Below, one piece after another: positions 1 to 8,751 of a stretch of 35,784 nt of DNA (positions are counted from its first letter, which is position 1; every line of letters starts with the position of its first letter). Source of the stretch: Polyangiaceae bacterium (lineage in GTDB: Bacteria > Myxococcota_A > Polyangia > Polyangiales > Polyangiaceae). Position numbers and translations under genes: made by a program. Below the pieces are notes generated by a model. That model saw only the letters and a program-made list of their open reading frames with translations, had not been told where the DNA came from and searched no databases. Location: the NCBI GenBank assembly GCA_044222475.1, contig JBGANF010000084.1, positions 1 through 35,784 on the forward strand, given 5' to 3'.

Positions 1-836
1 AACTAGCGTCCGCGGGAACATGGCTTAGCGCGGTGGAAGCGGCGCGGACGCCCGGTGCGCCGGACGCCGTAGCCATCGGTACGGGCGGGGAGTTCCTCGG
101 CACTGCGACCGCGATTGGCGAGAGCTTCCTCGGCACGTCGTTCGACCCGGCGGCGGAATCCACTTTGAGCACGCCACCAGCGCGCGCGGGTTTCGTTTCG
201 TTCTACTCCGGTACCGCGCACGCGGTCTTTCTCCTCGGCGGGCGCACTTCCACCGCGGAGAAGCACGACGTTTGGGTGCGCCCGCTCGACGGCGTTTGGC
301 GCGACATCACGCCGGCACCGCCCGCCGGCGTGCCGGCGCTTGGCGACCTCGTAACGGCGACCTATTCGTTCGTCGATCGGAGACTCTGGCTGGTGGACGA
401 ACGCAAGGTGGGGCCCTTGAGGGTCCTTCGGCTGGTACGCGTGGCGATTGGCGGGCCCTTCGAGGTCGTGGCGACGTGGCCCTCGCTTGGACTTTTCGAC
501 CGCAAGCTCTTGACCCTCGATCGAGACGGCCGACCGCTTCTCACGCTCGCGAGCAGCAAGGTTCCGAAGTTCGTCACCGTGGCGATCTCGGCAAAGGCTC
601 CACGCGCGCCGGCGTGGCCCCGGAAGGGCAGTGGTGGTCACGATGATGACGACGACGAGGAAGTCGGCGTTCGCGTACACGCGTCGTTCAGCATCCCTGG
701 CGCGAAGCTTCTTGCGCCTCCCGTCGCGACTCCGCGCGGCTACCTCTTCTTCGTCGAGCGTGCCGGTCAGCGATCGGTCGTGCACACCGACGAGCTCACG
801 AAACGCGACGAAGCGGAGCTCGACGAATCGCTGTGA
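1..836 (+). CDS. 5'-truncated hypothetical protein; C-terminal part with a Kelch-like beta-propeller region
   Basis: The frame is open from position 3 (LASAGTWLSAVEAART...), so the gene starts before the window. It has a Kelch-like GG...W blade (VFLLGGRTSTAEKHDVWVRPLDGVW) and an acidic insert HDDDDDEE. Its TGA overlaps the GTG of the next gene (GTGA 833-836). Confidence 0.75.
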   Translation, partial: LASAGTWLSAVEAARTPGAPDAVAIGTGGEFLGTATAIGESFLGTSFDPAAESTLSTPPARAGFVSFYSGTAHAVFLLGGRTSTAEKHDVWVRPLDGVWRDITPAPPAGVPALGDLVTATYSFVDRRLWLVDERKVGPLRVLRLVRVAIGGPFEVVATWPSLGLFDRKLLTLDRDGRPLLTLASSKVPKFVTVAISAKAPRAPAWPRKGSGGHDDDDDEEVGVRVHASFSIPGAKLLAPPVATPRGYLFFVERAGQRSVVHTDELTKRDEAELDESL

Positions 837-2185
837 GGCGACCGATCCTCGTCCTATCGAGTAGCGTCGTGCTCGTCGTCGTCAGCGGCGCTTGCGGCGG
901 GTGTAGCGACGATCCCCCCGCGGTTCCGCGCGACGCCGGCATCGACGGCAAGGACGCGGCGGATACGAGCGCTCTGGATTCGACGCCGTGCACCGCCCCC
1001 GCGCGGCCGAGCTTCGTCCCACCGTCGTGGACGGCGTTTGACGGGCTCGCCCCATGCTCAGGGCTCTATGTCCCGACGACGAAAGCCGATCTCCCCTCCG
1101 CTTTCGTATGGGAAGCGTGCGGGCCTGAGGCCGTTCCCCAGGTTTCCGGATGCCGTCGCTTGAAGTCGGCGTTCGACGGTGAGCCCACGAACGGCGACGC
1201 GAACACCTCGAGCTCCGGTGAGGTGACGATTCTGCAGGTCTCCGGCTTCAAGGACGAAGGCGGGCTCTTCAAGGTCGGCGCCCCCGACGGCACGATTGGG
1301 AGCGCCATCGCGTGGACCAAGGCGAAGGCCGGCGCTTGGTACCAGCCAACGATACCGCTCACCCAATCAATTGCGTCGCCGTTCTGGTTGCTCGAGGTCA
1401 GATGGCTCCCGACCGTCGCACCGATCGGCTACGTCGCGGGCCGCCTCGACGATCCGAAGGGCCCGTCAAACCTCGTCGCGCAGCAGTTTGATACCACGGT
1501 GCGCTACGCGCTTGGTGTTGGACAGCCCGGCATCCTCCATTGGAACCTCGGCAATATCGAGCTGCTGGACTTCGATACGGGGAAGCACCTGACCGACATC
1601 ACGTCGCCCGCCGCCAACGGTGGCCTCGCACAAGGCGCGCTGCGCTTCTTCGGCAATACGCTCACTTGGGTTGGGAACAGCAACCGCACTCTGATCGCCC
1701 GTCGCTGGGATGTCGGTGACACCAACCCCACTGACTTCATCGACTACCGCCCCGACGACGACCACGCCGCGGGCAACCTCGCGACCGATGGGAAGGTCCT
1801 CGTATGGCTCGAAGGTCATGGACCGGAGCAGATCAACGGCGCGTTCTGGACGACTGGAGACTACTGGATGGCTCCCCTCGTCAAAGATCCGAAGGCCCTT
1901 GCGCCGAAGCGCATCCGCTCGGAGTTGCCGAACGCCGTCGGTCAACTCCCCCTCGTCGTCGGTTGCGGGATGGTGACGACCGCCAATAGCAAGGGAACAC
2001 GCATCGTGAGGCTCGCAGACGGCTACTCCACGTTCTTGCCGGGCGACCCCAAGACGAGCTGGAACTGGCTCCATCCACTCGCCATCACATGCAACGAGAT
2101 CTTCATCCGCACGGGCTACAAAGCCGACACGGGACTCGTCCGAATACCGATTGCCTCGCTACCTTTCGCCGACCCTCCGGATTGA
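833..2185 (+). CDS. Predicted lipoprotein of unknown function (450 aa), probably a beta-propeller
   Basis: MRR plus a hydrophobic stretch and Cys (VSGAC/GGC), then a DAG-rich linker and a beta-rich, Cys-containing body. Translationally coupled to the upstream gene. Visibly more A/T-ending codons than the flanking genes. Confidence 0.8.
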   Translation: MRRPILVLSSSVVLVVVSGACGGCSDDPPAVPRDAGIDGKDAADTSALDSTPCTAPARPSFVPPSWTAFDGLAPCSGLYVPTTKADLPSAFVWEACGPEAVPQVSGCRRLKSAFDGEPTNGDANTSSSGEVTILQVSGFKDEGGLFKVGAPDGTIGSAIAWTKAKAGAWYQPTIPLTQSIASPFWLLEVRWLPTVAPIGYVAGRLDDPKGPSNLVAQQFDTTVRYALGVGQPGILHWNLGNIELLDFDTGKHLTDITSPAANGGLAQGALRFFGNTLTWVGNSNRTLIARRWDVGDTNPTDFIDYRPDDDHAAGNLATDGKVLVWLEGHGPEQINGAFWTTGDYWMAPLVKDPKALAPKRIRSELPNAVGQLPLVVGCGMVTTANSKGTRIVRLADGYSTFLPGDPKTSWNWLHPLAITCNEIFIRTGYKADTGLVRIPIASLPFADPPD

Positions 2186-2313
2186 TTGATGAGGACGGCG
2201 ATCCGCCAATTGAAGAGCGACATCAGTCGTCGGAAGACTCTGCCCGCTCGGCGGCGGCCTCGAACCGGCGCCCGCGTGCGTTGCGGCGCTGGCCGTCGAG
2301 GTCGGGGTCGTAG

Positions 2314-2466
2314 AACCGACTGCGCGAGATCCGCAACGCAATCATGCATACCGGCATGCGAAATGCGAAGCACCGACTCGATCATGATGCGGCCGCGACC
2401 TACATGACGGCGGCGCTGTTCGCCGTTCGGTACGCCCACTTTCTGCGTTCGTTCTCCACGGCCTGA
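2314..2466 (+). pseudogene. Putative HEPN-domain gene remnant (C-terminal 50 codons)
   Basis: Manual translation: NRLREIRNAIMHTGMRNAKHRLDHDAAATYMTAALFAVRYAHFLRSFSTA*. It contains the R-N-x3-H (Rx4H) motif followed by a helix, as in HEPN domains. It is immediately preceded by an in-frame TAG (2311-2313), and no N-terminal half is recognisable. Confidence 0.4.
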
Positions 2467-2548
2467 TCTCACCGGCGCCGCGCCGGCACCAAGTGGCGCG
2501 CGCCACCGCTGCGCTTCACGATCGATCGAGAAATCATGCGCTGCGCCG

Positions 2549-2565
2549 TTGGCATCGCGCGTGCA
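2549..2565 (+). promoter_or_regulatory. Candidate sigma54 (-24/-12) promoter upstream of the Uma2 gene
   Basis: TTGGCATCGCGCGTGCA has GG(2551-2552)-N10-GC(2563-2564), close to the consensus TGGCACG-N4-TTGCW, and lies in intergenic DNA. Confidence 0.35.
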
Positions 2566-2625
2566 ATTCGTCCTCTCCGGAGCGGCCGCGAACGGCCTCG
2601 TCGGAATGGATCTACAATGAGACCC

Positions 2626-3429
2626 ATGGGATCCACGCAGCACGTCCCGCCCTCGCGGCCGCTTCGATTCGACTCCTACGACCCGGAGTGGGACTTGGGC
2701 CAATCGCCGCGTCACCTGAACCTGTGCATCTTGCTGCGCGAGCTTCTGCTCCGCGCGGTGACGCCCGATGACACGGTGGGGATGGACGCGTTCATGTTCT
2801 TCGACGCGCCCGATCGAAAGGAGAAGTGCGCGCCCGACGCGTTCGTGAAGCTCGGCGTGCCGAACGCCGAGTACGAATCGTGGTTCACGTGGGACCGGGG
2901 CGCGCCTGAGCTGTGCGTCGAGATCCTCAGCCCGAGCGATACCCAAGAACCGATCACCGCCGAGACGAAGCTCGACCGCTTCGAGACGATGGGCGTTCGC
3001 GAGGTGATCTTCTTCGACGTCGACGCGCCCGAAGGCTCGCGGCTTCGCGCGTGGGACCGCGTCGACGGGAAGCTCGTTCCCCGCGCCGTGTCGAACGAAC
3101 GCACCCCCTGCAAGACGCTCCGCCGATGGTTTCACGTCGGCCCGCTCGGTAACGAGCCGGTCGCGCTGTTCCTCGCCGACGACGAAGCCGGCGACGGACG
3201 GGTGCTCACGAACGACGAAGCGCGCATCGTCGCAGAAGAGGGCCGTCGGTTCTTCGAGGCCAAGTGGATCGCGGCGGAAGAAGCCCGCCGCGTCGCCGAA
3301 GCTATCGCGAGCGCCGAAGCGGAAGCGCGTCGCGCCGAAGCGGAAGCGCGTCGCGCCGAAGCGGAAGCGCGTCGCGCCGCCGAAGACCGCGTTCGCGAGC
3401 TCGAAGCGCTCCTTCGATCCAAGGGCTGA
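2626..3429 (+). CDS. Uma2-family (PD-(D/E)XK restriction-endonuclease-like) protein with a C-terminal coiled coil
   Basis: Motifs APDAFV, PELCVEILSPSD and KLDRFETMGVREVIFFD, plus an AEAEARR heptad tail. Start placed at ATG 2626 because TACAAT (2613-2618) lies 7 nt upstream; ATG 2617 is an alternative. Confidence 0.88.
   Translation: MGSTQHVPPSRPLRFDSYDPEWDLGQSPRHLNLCILLRELLLRAVTPDDTVGMDAFMFFDAPDRKEKCAPDAFVKLGVPNAEYESWFTWDRGAPELCVEILSPSDTQEPITAETKLDRFETMGVREVIFFDVDAPEGSRLRAWDRVDGKLVPRAVSNERTPCKTLRRWFHVGPLGNEPVALFLADDEAGDGRVLTNDEARIVAEEGRRFFEAKWIAAEEARRVAEAIASAEAEARRAEAEARRAEAEARRAAEDRVRELEALLRSKG
3313..3378 (+). repeat. Perfect 21-bp tandem repeat x3 (GCCGAAGCGGAAGCGCGTCGC) encoding AEAEARR
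   Basis: Identical units at 3313-3333, 3334-3354 and 3355-3375, followed by a partial unit. Confidence 0.95.
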
Positions 3430-3477
3430 CCGTTCCTTTCGCGCGTATGATGGCCTCCACATGGGGCACGTCTGGCC

Positions 3478-6400
3478 TTGAACCCGGGCGATCTGCTGGC
3501 AGACCGCTACGAGATCGTGAAGCGCGCAGGGGCGGGCGGCATGGGTGCGGTGTACCAAGCAGAAGACCGCGTCGGTGGCGGCCAAGTGGCCGTGAAGGTC
3601 ACGGTCGCGGCGGCGGACCGGGCCCGCGCCCTCCGCGAGGCCCGGTCGCTCCAGACGCTCGTCCATCCCCAGATCGTCCGCTACGTCGACCACGGCGAGA
3701 CCCCCACCGGCGAGCTGTACCTCGTCATGGAGTGGCTCGAAGGCGAAGACCTCGCCGCGCGCCTCGCGCGCGCTCCGCTTTCGCTCCGCGACAGCGTGGA
3801 CGTCACGCGCCGCGCGGCCGAGGCGCTCGGGTTCGCGCACGCGCGCGGGCTCATTCATCGCGACGTGAAGCCCGGCAACGTGTTTCTCGTCGATGGGGAC
3901 CCTGCGCGCGTGAAGGTCCTCGACTTCGGTCTCGCGCGCGCCGGCGCCGTGTCGGAGCTCACCCGCACCGGGATCCTCGTCGGCACTCCCGCGTACATGG
4001 CGCCGGAGCAGGCGCGCGGCGCTCCGGTCCTCGACGCGCGCGTCGACGTCTTCGCCCTCGGTTGCATGCTCTTCAAGTGCATCACCGGACGAAGCCCGTT
4101 TCAGGCCGACACCATGGTCGCCGTCCTCGCGAAGGTGCTCATCGAAGATGCGCCGAGGCTGCGCGACGTTCGGCCCGACGTCCCGCGCGAGCTCGACGAG
4201 CTCGTCGCGAAGATGCTCGCCAAAGACGCCGCGCAGCGCCCCGACGATGGCCACGTCGTCGCCGAGGCGCTGGCCGACCTTCCCCTGATGGAGGACCTCA
4301 GCGGCGTCCAAGCACCACCGAGCGCCGTCTCGATGTCCATGCTGACCGACGCCGAGCAGCGCATCGTCAGCGTCATCGTCACGTCGCGTCCACTCGGCAA
4401 CGAAGACGCCACCGTCGTCGCGGAGGCGAGCGCGGTGCAAGCCACCCCCAGCGGGCTCGAGGAGATCGCGGCGGGCTTCGGCGCACGCTACGAGCGCCTC
4501 CTCGATGGCACCGTCGTGGTGACGATGTTCGGCGAGCGCAACGTCATGGACCAGGCCCAACGCGCAGCTCGCTGCGCCATGGCGATCCTCGCCAGCGTGC
4601 CCGAGGTGCCCGTTGGGCTTGCCACCGGCCGCGGTGAGCTCAGCGGTCCCGGCGTCGTCGGCGAAGCCATCGATCGCGCCGTGCGGCTCACGCATGGTGC
4701 CGCGCGCGGCGGCGTCGTCATCGACGACATCACGGCGGGGCTCCTGAGCACGCGCTTCGAGACGGTGAGCGACTCGGGCACGTGGCTCGTGAGCGAACGC
4801 GACACTCCCGAGGAAGCGCGTCTCCTCATGGGCAAGCACACGCCGTGCGTGGGGAGGGAGCGAGAGATCGCCCTTCTCCAAGGCCTTCACGACGAGTGCG
4901 TCGGCGAGTCCGCTGCGCGCGTGGCGGTGGTGATCGCTGCGGCGGGAGTGGGAAAGTCGCGGCTCCGTCACGAGTGGCTACGCCGCTTCGGGTTGGAGAA
5001 GGATCACTCCGAGGTCTGGCAGGCGCGCGGAGACTCGCTGGCTGCGGGCTCGTCGCTGGGAATGCTGGCGCAGCTGGTTCGGCTCACCCTGGGCGATCCG
5101 AAGATGCCCGCCGCGCTCGCTGCGCGCGTCGCGGAGGTCGTGCCTGCGGGCGACGCGCCGCGCGTCGCCGAGTTCCTCGGCGAGCTCGTGGGCATTGCGT
5201 TTCCGGACACCCCACAGCTCCACGCGGCGCGAAAGGACCGGCGCCTCATGGGCGACCAGATGCGCTCGGCGTTCGAGGTCTGGGTGAAGGCCGAGTGCAC
5301 CATGCACCCGGTCGTGATCGTGCTCGAAGATCTGCACTGGGGCGACGTCACGACCGTGCGCTTCATCGAAGCAGCGCTCCGCGTCTGCGCCGACCTCCCG
5401 CTCATGGTCGTGGCGTTCGCTCGTCCCGAGGTGATGGAGACGTTTCCGCGCCTCTTCGCCGATCGCGGCGCGAACACCATCCAGCTCAGCGATCTCACGC
5501 GCCGGGCGAGCGAGAACCTCGTCCGTCACGTGCTCGGCTCGGCCACGCCGAAGGACGTCGTCGATCGCCTCGTCGAGCGAGCCGCGGGCAACGCGCTCTA
5601 CCTCGAGGAGATTCTGCGCGCGTGGTCGGAGGGGCGCGGCGAGCGCCTCCCCGACACCGTGCTCGCGATGATGCAGGCGCGCCTCGACGGCTTCGGCGCC
5701 GACGAACGCCGAGTGCTCCGCGCCGCGAGCATCTTCGGCGAAACGTTCTGGGAGGAGGGGGTCGCCGAGCTGCTCGGTGGGACTTCGCCCGACGAGGTGC
5801 GCGGGTGGCTCGCGCTCCTCGTCCAGCGCGAGGCGATGAGCGAGAGGCGCCAGAGCCGCATCGACGGCGCGCGCGAGATGGTGTTCCGCCACGCGCTCTT
5901 TCGCGAGGCGGCCTACGCGATGCTCACGAAGACCGATCGCGAGGCGGGACACTTGCGCGCCGCCGAGTGGCTCGAGCGATCTGGGGAGAACGATCACGCC
6001 GCGCTCGCCGAGCATTTCGAGCGAGCGGGCGCGCCCGACCGCGCAGCTCCGTCGTACCTGCGCGCGGCGGAGCAGGCCATGGCTGGCGATTTGGACGTCG
6101 CCGTGTCGCTCGCGCGGCGCGGGCTCGCGTGCGCGACCGAGAGCGGACTTCGCGCGCGCCTCAGCCTCGTGCTGGCCACGGCGTACGGTTGGAGCGGAAA
6201 CTCGAAGGAAGCGCTCCCCTGCGCGCAGGATGCGTTTCACGGACTCCCGCGAGGGAGCGCGGAGTGGTTCGATGCGGCCGCGCGGTGCGGTGGCGCAGCC
6301 ATGCGTCTGGGAGAGAGCGCGATCGTGGTCGGCATGGCGAACGAGCTGCTCGACGCACCGGTCGCGCCGGGCGCCGAGCTCGCGCGCATCGGGGCCCTCG

Positions 6401-7305
6401 CTCGCTCCGCGTCGCAGCTCCTCTACGCTGGTCACGCTCCGGAGGCGCACCGCTTGCTCGTCGAGGTCGACCGCCGCGATCTCGCGTCGCTTGGCGACGA
6501 TCCGGTGCGTGCGCCGGTGCAGTCGACGCACGCGGAGCGATCGCTCGCTGCCGGCGACTTCGGGACGTACCTGGCGCACATGAGCGAGATCAGTGCATTC
6601 TACACGCGCATCGGCGATGTGCGGAACGCGTGCTGGGCGCGCGGCAACATGGCGTACGCGCAGATGATCCTCGGCGCCTACCCGGCCGCCGAGGCAGCGC
6701 TCCGCCAGAACTTCGCCGACGGCATGGACATCGGGGCCACTGCGCAAGCGATGATCTCGCGACAGAACCTCGGCGCGGTCCTCGGCCGTCTGGGCCGCCT
6801 CGACGAGGCCCTCGTCGTCACGACCGAGGCGCGAGACTGGATGCGCGCCAACGGCAACAAGAACTTCGAGGTGGGCACTCAGCTCTACCTCGCGGAGATC
6901 CTCCTTCGTCGAAAGAACGTCGAGGCCGCGCGCGAAGCTGCGCGGCTCGTCGCCGAGCAGCGCGCCGTGCCGGCGAGGGCGGCCAGCGCGCTGGCGTTGC
7001 TCGCTCGCCTGGCGATCGCCGAAGGTCGGGTCGACGAGGCGCTCACGCTCTCGGAGCAAGCGAGCGAGCTCGCGAGCAAGGGAGGCCTGGAGGAGGGCGA
7101 GGCGCTGGTCCGGCTCGCGCGCGCCGAGGCGCTCTGGGCGAGCGGCGACCGCGCGGGGGCCGTGGTCGCCATCACGGCTGCGCGTGATCGCCTCCTCGAG
7201 GGCGCGGCGAAGCTCACCGACCCGGCGTGGAGAAAGAGCTTCCTCGAAAACGTGGAGGAAAACGCCGACACCCTGGCGCGCGCGAAGGAGTTTCTTGGCC
7301 TGTAG
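3478..7305 (+). CDS. Ser/Thr kinase - degenerate cyclase-like - STAND/AAA ATPase - TPR fusion protein (1275 aa)
   Basis: Kinase motifs GAGGMG, VAVK, HRDVKPGN, DFG, GTPAYMAPE. Walker A AAAGVGKS and Walker B VIVLEDLHWGD, plus GNALYLEE and FRHALFREAAY. Ala-rich TPR-like C-terminus and no TM segment. The TTG start is uncertain, but an in-frame stop at 3448 limits any extension. Confidence 0.92.
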   Translation: MNPGDLLADRYEIVKRAGAGGMGAVYQAEDRVGGGQVAVKVTVAAADRARALREARSLQTLVHPQIVRYVDHGETPTGELYLVMEWLEGEDLAARLARAPLSLRDSVDVTRRAAEALGFAHARGLIHRDVKPGNVFLVDGDPARVKVLDFGLARAGAVSELTRTGILVGTPAYMAPEQARGAPVLDARVDVFALGCMLFKCITGRSPFQADTMVAVLAKVLIEDAPRLRDVRPDVPRELDELVAKMLAKDAAQRPDDGHVVAEALADLPLMEDLSGVQAPPSAVSMSMLTDAEQRIVSVIVTSRPLGNEDATVVAEASAVQATPSGLEEIAAGFGARYERLLDGTVVVTMFGERNVMDQAQRAARCAMAILASVPEVPVGLATGRGELSGPGVVGEAIDRAVRLTHGAARGGVVIDDITAGLLSTRFETVSDSGTWLVSERDTPEEARLLMGKHTPCVGREREIALLQGLHDECVGESAARVAVVIAAAGVGKSRLRHEWLRRFGLEKDHSEVWQARGDSLAAGSSLGMLAQLVRLTLGDPKMPAALAARVAEVVPAGDAPRVAEFLGELVGIAFPDTPQLHAARKDRRLMGDQMRSAFEVWVKAECTMHPVVIVLEDLHWGDVTTVRFIEAALRVCADLPLMVVAFARPEVMETFPRLFADRGANTIQLSDLTRRASENLVRHVLGSATPKDVVDRLVERAAGNALYLEEILRAWSEGRGERLPDTVLAMMQARLDGFGADERRVLRAASIFGETFWEEGVAELLGGTSPDEVRGWLALLVQREAMSERRQSRIDGAREMVFRHALFREAAYAMLTKTDREAGHLRAAEWLERSGENDHAALAEHFERAGAPDRAAPSYLRAAEQAMAGDLDVAVSLARRGLACATESGLRARLSLVLATAYGWSGNSKEALPCAQDAFHGLPRGSAEWFDAAARCGGAAMRLGESAIVVGMANELLDAPVAPGAELARIGALARSASQLLYAGHAPEAHRLLVEVDRRDLASLGDDPVRAPVQSTHAERSLAAGDFGTYLAHMSEISAFYTRIGDVRNACWARGNMAYAQMILGAYPAAEAALRQNFADGMDIGATAQAMISRQNLGAVLGRLGRLDEALVVTTEARDWMRANGNKNFEVGTQLYLAEILLRRKNVEAAREAARLVAEQRAVPARAASALALLARLAIAEGRVDEALTLSEQASELASKGGLEEGEALVRLARAEALWASGDRAGAVVAITAARDRLLEGAAKLTDPAWRKSFLENVEENADTLARAKEFLGL

Positions 7306-7343
7306 TCGCGCAGCCGGGATGGCGGTACGCTCGCCCGATCCAC

Positions 7344-8747
7344 ATGCGACAGCTTCTCTTTCTCGCCGGGCCGGTCGTTGCGTCGTTTGCGCTCATTCAC
7401 TGCGTCGGGGACGCGCCTGCGGTGCCGATCGACGCAGGCACCGACGCTCCGGTGACCGGCGACGGATCCGCCGACACGAGCTCGGACGTCGCGGCGGACA
7501 CGGGAAAGCCCTGCGATCCGCTCCCGGACGGCGGCACCGGGTTCTTGGACGACGCGGTGGGCATCTCCGCCGGTGACGACTTCACCTGCGCGGTGCGGCT
7601 CAACGGCGACGTTCTGTGCTGGGGGTCGAACAGTCCGTACCAGCAGCTCGCCCAGCCCATCGGCAACCTCATGCGCTCGAGCGTTCCCGTTCGCATCACC
7701 GGGTTCCCGACCAAGGTCGTCAAGGTGTCGGCGGGGCAAGGTCAGGGAAAGGCCCTCGACGATCAGCGTCACGCGTGGAGCTGGGGCTCCAACATCTTCG
7801 GTGAGGCGGGCACCAACGAGGCCTACGGCATCTTCCTCAACGCGCCGCACAAGGTCGTGGGCGTGAGCGGTACCGGCAGCCTCGACAACGTCGTCGATGT
7901 CTCGGCGGGAGAAGACCACGCGTGCGCGGCTGACAGCACCGGCAAGGTCTACTGTTGGGGAGAAGCCGGCAACGGACGTCTCGGGAGCGACGTGCTCAAC
8001 GACGCTGGCCAACCCAAGACCAACATCCCGGTGGCGACGAAGACCCTTGCAGGAACCGCTCTCGCGGTCAGCGCCGCCAACACGTTCACCTGCGCGATCG
8101 TCCGCGACGGCTCGAGCAACCAGCTCGTGCAGTGCTGGGGCTCCAACAGCGCCGGCCAGCTGGGTGCGAGCCCGAGCGCTGGAGGCTCGACGCCGCAGAC
8201 GATCCCCAACCTCAGCGCAGCAAACGCTCTATTGGGCGTGTCGATCCACGACTTCGCGTGCAGCAAAGGCGCCAACTTCGAGGTCACCTGCTGGGGCTCC
8301 AACCAGTACGGTCAGATTGGTGCGACTGCGCCGCCCGTCTTCAACCCGGTCAAGCTCTACGACACCAACGTGAAGGCCATCGCGACCGGCAACTACAACA
8401 CGTGCGTCATCCAAGCCGACGGCACGGTCAAGTGCATGGGGAAGAACTCCTCGGGGCAGCTCGGACAGGGGACCAGCGACGCGAACCCGCACCCGGTGCC
8501 GGACTTCGTCGTCGACGCGAGCGGCAGCGGGAAGCTCCAGGACGTGTTCGCGATCTCCGCCGGGGGCGGTCAGCTCAGCGACGGGTTCGTGTGCGGCATC
8601 GTCGGCAAGCGGGCGGAGTGTGGCGGGTCGGTGTTCTGTTGGGGAACCAACAGCAAGGGCCAGCTCGGCAACGGCGTCGACGTGTCCACGGTCGACAACA
8701 CGCGCGTCTCGAGCAAGCCCGTGCGCGTGGTGGCCCCGGCGAACTGA
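7344..8747 (+). CDS. RCC1/BLIP-II repeat beta-propeller lipoprotein (467 aa)
   Basis: Signal MRQLLFLAGPVVASFALIHC-VGD, a DAG linker, and about seven repeats of the form SAGxxxTCA...GxVxCWGxNxxGQLG. Confidence 0.92.
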   Translation: MRQLLFLAGPVVASFALIHCVGDAPAVPIDAGTDAPVTGDGSADTSSDVAADTGKPCDPLPDGGTGFLDDAVGISAGDDFTCAVRLNGDVLCWGSNSPYQQLAQPIGNLMRSSVPVRITGFPTKVVKVSAGQGQGKALDDQRHAWSWGSNIFGEAGTNEAYGIFLNAPHKVVGVSGTGSLDNVVDVSAGEDHACAADSTGKVYCWGEAGNGRLGSDVLNDAGQPKTNIPVATKTLAGTALAVSAANTFTCAIVRDGSSNQLVQCWGSNSAGQLGASPSAGGSTPQTIPNLSAANALLGVSIHDFACSKGANFEVTCWGSNQYGQIGATAPPVFNPVKLYDTNVKAIATGNYNTCVIQADGTVKCMGKNSSGQLGQGTSDANPHPVPDFVVDASGSGKLQDVFAISAGGGQLSDGFVCGIVGKRAECGGSVFCWGTNSKGQLGNGVDVSTVDNTRVSSKPVRVVAPAN

Positions 8748-8751
8748 CGGC

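Noticed and set aside
2186..2612. Possible structured ncRNA or IS end in the largest intergenic gap
   Set aside because: No tRNA fold, terminal inverted repeats or riboswitch consensus recognised. A decayed coding fragment plus promoters explains it better; an Rfam scan would settle it.
3313..3378. Repeat considered as a possible CRISPR array
   Set aside because: The units are directly adjacent with no spacers, lie in frame in a CDS, and no cas genes are present.
2116..7059. Very long minus-strand ORFs (951 aa and 693 aa) and a plus-strand 801-aa alternative frame
   Set aside because: They are antisense or alternative-frame shadows of the Uma2 and kinase genes, expected in high-GC DNA. Composition is Arg/Ala/Gly-biased with no motifs.
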